From a virus (lineage: Duplodnaviria; Caudoviricetes), in IMG/VR virus record IMGVR_UViG_3300022752_000016: 64,000 bases of DNA; one strand, given 5' to 3'. Both the position numbers and the translations under genes were made by a program. Under the pieces are notes generated by a model that saw only the letters and a list, made by a program, of their open reading frames with translations, did no database searches and was not told the DNA's origin. Positions 47,013 through 55,640 of this stretch are shown here, in pieces; position 1 is the first letter of the stretch, and every line of letters starts with the position of its first letter.

Positions 47013-47330
47013 ATGCTCTTATGGGAATTTGAAGATGCGTTGGTTACTAAAATTGTAACAGTTAGTGACCAACTCAAATCTGATTTAGAAAGTGGTAAAA
47101 TTCAGGGTAATTGGACATTGGATCAATTATTGAATTATTTTCAAGATTATGATATTATCTTAGATCCTGATGATTTATATAATATGATACAAAAAGAACC
47201 ACTTAAAAAAGTAATTGCTAATATTCAAGGTGATGAAGTTGTTTGGAAAGGTACTGAAACTCCTGAGACACCAACAGATCAAAATCAAAAGGTTGTAAAA
47301 CAAATGGCTCAACGGGCAACAGACATATGA
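47013..47330 (+). CDS. Hypothetical protein
   Basis: 105 aa, acidic. Confidence 0.75.
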   Translation: MLLWEFEDALVTKIVTVSDQLKSDLESGKIQGNWTLDQLLNYFQDYDIILDPDDLYNMIQKEPLKKVIANIQGDEVVWKGTETPETPTDQNQKVVKQMAQRATDI

Positions 47331-47647
47331 TAAGTTTAACTGAAAGAGCAGTAGATTCTATTAGACACAAAATTGAAAAAAGAGGTAAAGGTAAAGGAAT
47401 TAGAATTAGTGTAAAAACCACTGGTTGTTCTGGCTTAGCATATGTATTAGAATTTGTAGATAATCCATATATTGATGACCAAATAGTAGATTGCAATGGT
47501 TGTTTAGTTTATGTGGATCAAAAAAGCTGTCCATATTTGCAGGGTATGACAATTGATTATGTTAAAAAAGGATTAAATGAAGGATTTGAATTTATCAACC
47601 CAAACGAAAAAAATCGCTGCGGATGTGGCGAAAGTTTTAATGTATAA
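47327..47647 (+). CDS. iscA: A-type Fe-S cluster assembly protein IscA/HesB
   Basis: ISLTE.A, IR+SVKTTGCSGLAY, L.G.T+DY...GLNEGF.F.NPN and CGCGESF. Confidence 0.95.
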   Translation: MISLTERAVDSIRHKIEKRGKGKGIRISVKTTGCSGLAYVLEFVDNPYIDDQIVDCNGCLVYVDQKSCPYLQGMTIDYVKKGLNEGFEFINPNEKNRCGCGESFNV

Positions 47648-48326
47648 CCCACATAAGTTTCAATATACAAAAATAAATAAAATAGATACTATAAATGGTA
47701 GACGTTATGCGACTCCAGATGGACACAAGTTGCCTAGTGTTACAACTATTTTAGATGCTACAAAACCAGAAGAAGCCAAGAAAGCATTACAAGAATGGCG
47801 AAAACGCATAGGTCCTGAAAAAGCACAACAAATTACTACAGAAGCAGCAGGTCGTGGTACTAGAATGCATAAGTGGCTTGAGAATTATGTTAAGACTGGA
47901 GAGGCAGGGGAACCTGGTAGTAATCCATATAGTCAACAAAGTCATAAAATGGCAAAGACTATTATCAATGAAGGGTTAAGTAAATGTAATGAATTTTGGG
48001 GTACAGAAATCTCATTATATTTTCCTAAAATTTATGCAGGCACAACTGATTTGGTCGGGATACATAATGGCAGTGAAGCTATTATGGATCACAAACAATC
48101 AAACAAAATTAAAAAACGTGAATGGATAGAAGATTATTTTTTACAACTTGTAGCATATGCATTAGCTCACAATGAAATTTATAATACAAAAATTAACAAG
48201 GGAGTAATTTTTATGTGTACTTCTGACAATGTTTACCAAGAATTTATTATAGAAAATAAAGAATTTAAAGAATATGAACAAAAATGGTACACAAGGTTAG
48301 AGGAGTACTATACCAAGTTCATTTAA
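47640..48326 (+). CDS. PD-(D/E)XK exonuclease (lambda-exo/Cas4-like); start ATG near 47640 rather than 47577
   Basis: LPSVTTIL, RGT.MH..LE, YAGTTDL, DHKQS and QL.AYA.AH. Confidence 0.85.
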   Translation: MYNPHKFQYTKINKIDTINGRRYATPDGHKLPSVTTILDATKPEEAKKALQEWRKRIGPEKAQQITTEAAGRGTRMHKWLENYVKTGEAGEPGSNPYSQQSHKMAKTIINEGLSKCNEFWGTEISLYFPKIYAGTTDLVGIHNGSEAIMDHKQSNKIKKREWIEDYFLQLVAYALAHNEIYNTKINKGVIFMCTSDNVYQEFIIENKEFKEYEQKWYTRLEEYYTKFI

Positions 48327-48367
48327 TAATAGATAAATAGTTATATTAAATTTAATTAAATACATCT

Positions 48368-51300
48368 ATGGCTATTATTCAAATTTCCAAAATTCAACAA
48401 CGTACAGGTAATCTTATCGATTTACCTCAGTTAGATGAAGCTGAGTTCGGTTGGGCAAGTGATGAAAAAAAGTTATTTATAGGAAAAACCACTCCCAATG
48501 AAAACATTGAAATACTGACTTCGTATTCTACTGTAAATTTTGATGCTATTGCAGGAAGTTATGGAAATTTAAATATAAACCCGAACACTGTTGGTAATGG
48601 ACAAATTTTAACCTTTAATGGTGTAAATTGGGTAAATAGAGGTGGAAATGCAGGGGGAATAATAAATTTAGGTGATGTAGCTAATTTAAAAATATTAGGT
48701 GGCGGTATAGGCTACATCTTAGAAACTGACGGAACAGGAAATCTTTCATGGACTCCTAAAGGAACATTGATTGCTTTTATTGAAAATGCAACTCCAAGTA
48801 AAGTTCCTTTAAATCAAACTGTAGCCACAACTTCTTATGCATCAAATGGTAATATATTAATAGCCAATACATCAGGTTATTTGCAAGATACACCTATTGT
48901 GTTTACTGGAACAGGATTTGGTAACATTTCTACAAATACATTGTATTACGTAAATTCAGTAAGTTCTGGGGATAGTACAATAAAAATTACAGATGTATTA
49001 GGCGGAAGTGCAATAAGTTTAACTGACGCCAATGGTAATCTAGGCTTAAACATTGTAGGCACCATTGTCACTACAGTAGCAAATAATTTTTTTACTCAAG
49101 GTACGGAAATAACTGTAACCGATGCTGCTGGAATGGTACAGCTTAATGGAAATACATTTTTTATAGATGTAATTACAGCTAACACGTTTGCACTTTATAC
49201 TAACCCAGCACTTACGGATCCTGTTTATTCTAATAATTATAATAGTTATGCATACACAAGTGTTACTGCAACTGACTCAGCAACTAGCACTATTACAGTA
49301 GGAAATTCTTCTGAATTTACCTTGAATGCGCCTGTTATGTTTAAAGGAGATTTGGGAAATAGTGACCTGATTGATGGAGAAACTTATTATGTTAACAATA
49401 TTGTTTCAGGAACAGAAATTAAAGTAAGTAGTTTTTTATTTCCAAATGGCATTGCAGGTAATACGTTCCCTGTAGATACAGATTTAACAATTTTTAATAG
49501 TATTGTATTTCAACAAGGTGGTAGAATAATTTCCTCGATAGGTGGTTCAACTAGTACACAAGCATCTGGATCAAATACTACAATACAATTTAATAATAAT
49601 AATATTTTAGACGGTGACCCTGATTTTACTTTTGATTTTGGTACTACACCAAAACTGGTTACATTAAATGGTAATGCAAATGTCGGTAATCTTGTCGCAA
49701 ACGGTATAGTAAGTGGAACGCAATTAATTTCAAACATTCCAACTTTATCAGGACCTCCGTTAATAGTGACCTCTACTCTAAGAGTAAGTAATTTAAACGT
49801 AAACTATGCTAATGTAAGTGATTTCAGTAATGTAGTGTCTGAAACAACAGGAAATACATACTTAATACTTGCAAATAATAGTACAAGTGGTAATTACCAA
49901 TTAAGATCAAATTCTAATTTAAGTTTTAATGTAAGTACAGGTAACTTAATTGCCTCAATATTAACAGCTACAGGAAATATTAATGGTAATAATTTAATAA
50001 TTTCTAATCAGTCAACAACTGGTAATTTAATCGTTACAGGTAATTTATCATCTAATAATTGGGCAGCTAATGGTATAGCCTTTAGAACGACACCTCAAAC
50101 TTACACAGATTCTAACACTCCAGGTAATGCTATATTGTCTAGTACACATATAAGTGCTTTGTCTGCAAGTAATATTGATACAGCTAATGGCAATGTCACA
50201 ATAAGTAATGCTGCAACTTTGTATATTGCAGGTGCACCTTCTAACGCTAGTACAAATCTTACCATAACAAATACATATGCCTTGATGATAAATTCTGGTA
50301 ATGTTTTGATAGCAGGAAATGCAAATATAGGAAATATTTTAACAAATGTTGCCAACATTACAACTATCAATAGTGGTTTATTACAGAACGGTAATAGTAA
50401 TGTAACTATTGCAGCCAACGGAAATATTACACTAAATGCCAATGGTGGCGCAAGAATAATAGCTACCTCTACTGGTGCGAATGTATCGGGTACATTGGCA
50501 GTTTCTGGTAACGCAAATACCGCAAATTTAGGAACAACAAACTTATTTGCTAATAATTTATCATTATCAGGTACATCAAATGGTAACATAAATGTTGCTA
50601 CCATAGCTAATTCATTAGGTTTCAGAATAATCCCATCAACATATACAGATAATTTATCTGCACCATCATCTAATGTAAATGTTGCTGCCATTCATGCTAT
50701 AGGAAGACCAACTGTAACAGCTTCAAATACAGCTATTACAGCAAATAATTTAGCAACCTTTTATATAGAAAATGCTCCTAATGCAAGTACTAATATGGCT
50801 ATAACTAGTCCATGGGCCTTATACATTGCTAACGGAAATAGTTTCTTCGGACAAGGTATAATGTTTGGAGATGGAAGTGGTATAGGGAACGTAAGAACAA
50901 TTTCATTTGGAACCAGTAATGTAAGAGTTTATCAAAATGCAAATGTTGAGGTAAGTATAAATGGCATTTCAAATTTAGCTACATTCTTTTCTACTGGATT
51001 TAAGGTAGCAGGAACAATTGAAACTACTAATGGTAATATTCAAGCAAATGGCAACATAATTGCTAATGGAAATATTTCTGGCGGCAATGCATTTTTTACA
51101 GGTAATGCAAACGCAGCCTTAGTTGGAACAGCACAAATAACATCTCCAACAGGAAATTTAACAATCAGTGCATCAGGAAGTAATCAATCAATATTTTTAG
51201 TTCCTTCAGGTACAGGCACGGTAGACGTTGCAGGTAAAAGATTATCCCAAATTGGTTCAGTCATAAATCCAAATGACGCTACAAACAAGGAATATGTTGA

Positions 51301-53335
51301 TGCTCTTTCAGGTACAGGGTTAACAATTCATAGCCCTGCAAATGTAGCACAGACTACTAATTTAGCTGGCTCATATACTATTGGAGGCACAACACCCACA
51401 GTTACAACCATATCAGGCAATAATACAATTACATTTAATGCTACTCATGGACTATCAGTAAATGACGGAATCGTATTTACCAATACCTTTAACGGAATAG
51501 TAGGCGGAGAAGGGTATTGGGTGTCAAATATACCATCTGCTACACAAATTACAATAAAAAATGCATTTTTTGGTTCAGAAATTACAACATTAACAAATGC
51601 TACTGGATTAACTCAACCGGCTAGAGCCAATCCAGGCGTAGGTGCTACTTTAACTAATTCAGGACCTAATGCAGCTTTAGTAATAGATGGTATTACCTTA
51701 AGCGCCTCACAAAGAGTTTTACTTGTAGGGCAAACAACTGGTGGACAAAACGGTGTTTATGTTGTAACTAACCCTGGAAATGTAAGTGCAGCATGGGTTC
51801 TTACACGCTCTTCTGATATGAATAAGTATATACCAGGATCCGCATCTGGAATCGGCGCTGGAGATTATTTATTTGTTACACAAGGCTTAAATAATGCTGG
51901 TACAAGTTGGGTTTTATCGAATCCAACAGGTGAAATTATAATCGGTACTACAGCCATATCATTTAGTCAATTCAGTTCCGCAGGAGCCTATACAGCAGGA
52001 AATGGTATCACAATTACTGGCACTGTAATTACTGCTAATACAGATGGGGTTACGACTTCTATTGTTGGGGGTAATATAGTTGTTAAAACAAGTGCAAATT
52101 TGACCACACCAAATATTGGAGCAGCGTCAGGTACAAGTTTAACCGTATCAGGAAATATCACTGCTAATAATTTAAGCATAGGTAATTTAGCAAACATAGG
52201 CGGCAACATTACTACAGGTGGAAATTTATTTGCTAATTATAATATTCAGGCAAATGGAAATATTACAGCAAACAATGCTAATATTACTAACATATGTATT
52301 GCAAATATTTTCCAAGGAACATTTGCTAATGGAAATAGTTATATTTCTATTCCGACTGCCGGCGGTAGTATTGTTATGTATGTTAATGGTAATTCTAATG
52401 TAAGATTAAGTACTAATACATTAGGGGTAAATGTAAACCCAACCTTAACATTAGAAGGCGGTACTACAGCTTTGGGTTGGGGAAATGCTGGAATAGGTTT
52501 TAAAGTCTTAGCTGCTACATATACTGCAAATGGATATACTGGTAATAGTGTACAGAGCGAAAATCATATTCACGCTATTGCACAACCAACTATTGCCTCA
52601 AGCAATAGTAATGTAACTATTCAAAATTCATCAACATTTTATATTGCAGATAGACCTGCTGCAGGGACAAATATTACAATAGGCAATGCATATGCTTTGT
52701 ATGTTGCACAAGGTAATTCATATTTTGGTGGAAATTTAACTACTATAGGAAATATTACAGCAGGTAATTTTGTTGGAGCAGGTAATGGAGCACCTGCTAT
52801 TACAAGTAATAATACTTTAACTATTTCTGCTTCAAATGCACTTACAATTATTGGCAATAGCCTTGCATTAAGTAATGTAAATTCAATAAGTGCTGGGGCA
52901 AACACATCAAATTGCACATTAACTGGTAATTTTATATTGAGTGCAGGATCAAGGTTACAAGCTACTTATGCGGACTTAGCAGAATTTTATGAATCAGATT
53001 TTTTCTATGAACCTGGCACAGTGCTTGAATTTGGTGGTGACAAAGAGGTAACGATTGCGAAAAATGAAACCAACAAAGTTGCAGGAGTTGTAACCTCAAA
53101 TCCTGCATACATTATGAATGCAAATTGTTTAGGTATTGCTGTAGCAGTTGCACTACAAGGTAGAGTACCAGTTAAAGTAGAAGGAAATATCATAAAAGGA
53201 GATTTAATGGTTTCAAGTGGTAATGGATACGCTAAAGCATCATCAAGTCCTATTATAGGATCTGTATTAGGAAAAGCTCTTCAAAATTTTAAAGGAGCGA
53301 AAGGTATTATTGAAATAGCTATAGGAAGATTATAA
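48368..53335 (+). CDS. Long tail-fibre/receptor-binding virion protein (1655 aa) with Mtd_N-like N-terminus and C-terminal chaperone-like domain
   Basis: N-terminal QISKIQQR.G...LPQL..AEFGW..D..KLFIG; Asn/Gly/Thr-rich repeats; C-terminal ADLAE.Y...GTV...GVV..NP...VAL.GRVPVKV; late box at 48332. Confidence 0.8.
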   Translation: MAIIQISKIQQRTGNLIDLPQLDEAEFGWASDEKKLFIGKTTPNENIEILTSYSTVNFDAIAGSYGNLNINPNTVGNGQILTFNGVNWVNRGGNAGGIINLGDVANLKILGGGIGYILETDGTGNLSWTPKGTLIAFIENATPSKVPLNQTVATTSYASNGNILIANTSGYLQDTPIVFTGTGFGNISTNTLYYVNSVSSGDSTIKITDVLGGSAISLTDANGNLGLNIVGTIVTTVANNFFTQGTEITVTDAAGMVQLNGNTFFIDVITANTFALYTNPALTDPVYSNNYNSYAYTSVTATDSATSTITVGNSSEFTLNAPVMFKGDLGNSDLIDGETYYVNNIVSGTEIKVSSFLFPNGIAGNTFPVDTDLTIFNSIVFQQGGRIISSIGGSTSTQASGSNTTIQFNNNNILDGDPDFTFDFGTTPKLVTLNGNANVGNLVANGIVSGTQLISNIPTLSGPPLIVTSTLRVSNLNVNYANVSDFSNVVSETTGNTYLILANNSTSGNYQLRSNSNLSFNVSTGNLIASILTATGNINGNNLIISNQSTTGNLIVTGNLSSNNWAANGIAFRTTPQTYTDSNTPGNAILSSTHISALSASNIDTANGNVTISNAATLYIAGAPSNASTNLTITNTYALMINSGNVLIAGNANIGNILTNVANITTINSGLLQNGNSNVTIAANGNITLNANGGARIIATSTGANVSGTLAVSGNANTANLGTTNLFANNLSLSGTSNGNINVATIANSLGFRIIPSTYTDNLSAPSSNVNVAAIHAIGRPTVTASNTAITANNLATFYIENAPNASTNMAITSPWALYIANGNSFFGQGIMFGDGSGIGNVRTISFGTSNVRVYQNANVEVSINGISNLATFFSTGFKVAGTIETTNGNIQANGNIIANGNISGGNAFFTGNANAALVGTAQITSPTGNLTISASGSNQSIFLVPSGTGTVDVAGKRLSQIGSVINPNDATNKEYVDALSGTGLTIHSPANVAQTTNLAGSYTIGGTTPTVTTISGNNTITFNATHGLSVNDGIVFTNTFNGIVGGEGYWVSNIPSATQITIKNAFFGSEITTLTNATGLTQPARANPGVGATLTNSGPNAALVIDGITLSASQRVLLVGQTTGGQNGVYVVTNPGNVSAAWVLTRSSDMNKYIPGSASGIGAGDYLFVTQGLNNAGTSWVLSNPTGEIIIGTTAISFSQFSSAGAYTAGNGITITGTVITANTDGVTTSIVGGNIVVKTSANLTTPNIGAASGTSLTVSGNITANNLSIGNLANIGGNITTGGNLFANYNIQANGNITANNANITNICIANIFQGTFANGNSYISIPTAGGSIVMYVNGNSNVRLSTNTLGVNVNPTLTLEGGTTALGWGNAGIGFKVLAATYTANGYTGNSVQSENHIHAIAQPTIASSNSNVTIQNSSTFYIADRPAAGTNITIGNAYALYVAQGNSYFGGNLTTIGNITAGNFVGAGNGAPAITSNNTLTISASNALTIIGNSLALSNVNSISAGANTSNCTLTGNFILSAGSRLQATYADLAEFYESDFFYEPGTVLEFGGDKEVTIAKNETNKVAGVVTSNPAYIMNANCLGIAVAVALQGRVPVKVEGNIIKGDLMVSSGNGYAKASSSPIIGSVLGKALQNFKGAKGIIEIAIGRL

Positions 53336-55344
53336 TGCTGGAGAAAAAATATTATGTTATTGGCACTACTAATGAGCAAGCATGGGATTACGTTCATAGC
53401 GTATTGACTGAAGATGGAAGTTTAGACGATAATATTCCAACTAGAAAAATTGAATGCACAGATTTAATTGAACACAGTCCTACAAGATCAGTTTATTTAA
53501 TGACAGATGAAGAGGCTAAAAAATTAAGCAAACATCCTAATATTATATTTGTACATATAAATCCAGAAAATCATCCAGAATTATTTCCAACAAATGTGGC
53601 AGATGATTTACATTGTAATACAGAAAGTTATAGATATGATAATTCAGTAAAAAATTATATGAATTTTGCTAATAGTCTTCCTGCAACTCCTACTTCAACA
53701 GATCTGAATAGAACAGGATATCAATTATTACGTCCTGCACAGTTTCAAAATCCATGGCAAGATTATGCTACAACTACAATTATAATGAGCAGGATTCCAA
53801 ATTCATTTACAGGTCGTAATGTAGATTTAGTAGTGGGAGATGATGGTTGTTGGATAGGTCACGTTGAATTTCAAAGTAATCCTATTGCCACTGATGGGAC
53901 TACTATACCTAAGCCTAGAGATTATTTACCTGGTAATGTTTTAAATAGAAATGCTACTTGCAATATCTTAGATATGGTTCTTGATGGTCCATATTATATT
54001 GATCCTAACTATTTTAATCAATCCCCATCAACAAGACTTATTACAAGATGGGACGGAACATTAGTACCTGAAGAAAATACCGCACGAAATTGGTGGGGGT
54101 TCGGATCTAATAGATCACCACAATTCGCTAACATAGGTACAGTGTCTATTCCTTCAAGTTATACTCGACTTAATACCGGTGGGTCAAATATTGCTATGCC
54201 AGCTGGGAGTGACGGAACGCATGGTACTCCTTGTGCAGGACTGTCATATGGTAGGACAATGGGGATAGCGTATAATGCAAACAAATGGTTTATCGATGCA
54301 TATGGATTGTACTCATTTTGGCCTAGTATAGACAGATATTTTAATATAATGAAAATTTTTCATTTGAACAAACCAATAAATCCTTTATATGGAACTAGAG
54401 ATCCTACTGTTTCTAGTAATAGTTGGGGATTCAGAGCAACATTGTCTGTAACGTCAGGTCAATATTTTTTTCGACAAGGAACATCAGGAACAGGTGGAGT
54501 ATTTTATAATAGTACGTCTATACCTGCCTTTATTCAAAATTTAGGAACTCAAGGCGATGCTAATCGGTTTAAAGGTGAAATGGCTCCGAATACTTTTACA
54601 ACTGCAGGAGATGAATTAATTAATAGTGGTGTTATATTTGTTGTAGCAGCAGGGAATAGTAATCAACAACAGGTAGGATCTGATCATCCAAATTATGATA
54701 ATTACTATTCCTTTGGTCCTAATCCATTAGTAAGCTCAACACACACAGAATTTAACGTAACTTGTTATAATACCACAAGTAGGCGTGGTTTTCCACAACA
54801 ATTAGGAAAAAGAATAGAAAATGGACAAGTAGTATATCCAGCAATTAATATTGGGGCACTAGATGATAATTATTCGTTAAATGGACAAGAACAAAAAGTT
54901 AATTATAGCGACATGGGAACAGAAATTGATATGTATTTGCCTGCGGATGGTACACTAACCCCAAACGCTAAGTACACTCCTCAATATTTGAGATATGATA
55001 AGTTAAATAATGGTATGGCTAATTATTATGATTGCCGTTTTTCTGGGACAAGTGCTGCCTGTCCTGTAGCTGCAGGTTTAATTGCTGCTATGATGGAAAA
55101 TAATCGTTCATGGACTTGGAAAGAAGTACGTGATTGGATAAGATCATTACAATTACAACCAAGTTCTACCTTTTATATAGGACCTAATCCAAACACAGCC
55201 ACTACTAATGAATGGTTTGATTATAATAGTTTACGAGGCGGACCAAGTCGTGTTGGTTATATAACTGCTAGTGTCACGCCCTCATCTATTGGCATTTCGG
55301 GAAGTTTAAACATCTCTGGTGATGGATTAAAAATTAATTTTTAA
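53335..55344 (+). CDS. Subtilisin-like S8 serine protease 1 with N-terminal propeptide-like region
   Basis: Asp (DLVVGDDG), His (THGTPCAG), oxyanion AAGNS and Ser (FSGTSAACP.AAG). Confidence 0.88.
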   Translation: MLEKKYYVIGTTNEQAWDYVHSVLTEDGSLDDNIPTRKIECTDLIEHSPTRSVYLMTDEEAKKLSKHPNIIFVHINPENHPELFPTNVADDLHCNTESYRYDNSVKNYMNFANSLPATPTSTDLNRTGYQLLRPAQFQNPWQDYATTTIIMSRIPNSFTGRNVDLVVGDDGCWIGHVEFQSNPIATDGTTIPKPRDYLPGNVLNRNATCNILDMVLDGPYYIDPNYFNQSPSTRLITRWDGTLVPEENTARNWWGFGSNRSPQFANIGTVSIPSSYTRLNTGGSNIAMPAGSDGTHGTPCAGLSYGRTMGIAYNANKWFIDAYGLYSFWPSIDRYFNIMKIFHLNKPINPLYGTRDPTVSSNSWGFRATLSVTSGQYFFRQGTSGTGGVFYNSTSIPAFIQNLGTQGDANRFKGEMAPNTFTTAGDELINSGVIFVVAAGNSNQQQVGSDHPNYDNYYSFGPNPLVSSTHTEFNVTCYNTTSRRGFPQQLGKRIENGQVVYPAINIGALDDNYSLNGQEQKVNYSDMGTEIDMYLPADGTLTPNAKYTPQYLRYDKLNNGMANYYDCRFSGTSAACPVAAGLIAAMMENNRSWTWKEVRDWIRSLQLQPSSTFYIGPNPNTATTNEWFDYNSLRGGPSRVGYITASVTPSSIGISGSLNISGDGLKINF

Positions 55345-55360
55345 ATATAGGAAATAAAAA

Positions 55361-55636
55361 ATGGCATCATATATCTATACGGCTACAGGATCAAGTCAAT
55401 TAAGTGATCAAATTGATACTGATAAAGTAAGAATATCAACTTCAAGTTCTGCCATAGCTATTGCTATTGGCAATGCAAATGTTACAGCAAATTTAACAGG
55501 GTGTGAGATAGTGCCTGCATTTACTGTCATGAATAGTGTAATAGTTGGTGAAGGAAATTATATAGCATATATAAATGTAGGAGGGGTGGCAAGTGCATTT
55601 AGTGTTACTGAGTTAGGCATGCCAATTGGTGTATAA
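55361..55636 (+). CDS. Small beta-rich structural protein
   Basis: RBS AGGA; 91 aa, between the two proteases. Confidence 0.7.
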   Translation: MASYIYTATGSSQLSDQIDTDKVRISTSSSAIAIAIGNANVTANLTGCEIVPAFTVMNSVIVGEGNYIAYINVGGVASAFSVTELGMPIGV

Positions 55637-55640
55637 TTAA

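Noticed and set aside
47640-48326. Cas4 / CRISPR association of the PD-(D/E)XK nuclease
   Set aside because: No four-Cys Fe-S motif, no array and no other cas genes; typical stand-alone phage exonuclease.
50101-53193. Long antisense ORFs within the tail-fibre gene, and similar short antisense or alternative-frame ORFs throughout the track
   Set aside because: They are fully nested in well-supported genes, lack RBS or promoters, and are explained by codon bias of the sense strand.
48368-53335. Diversity-generating retroelement target, suggested by the Mtd_N-like N-terminus
   Set aside because: No reverse transcriptase and no TR/VR pair differing at adenines seen in the window.
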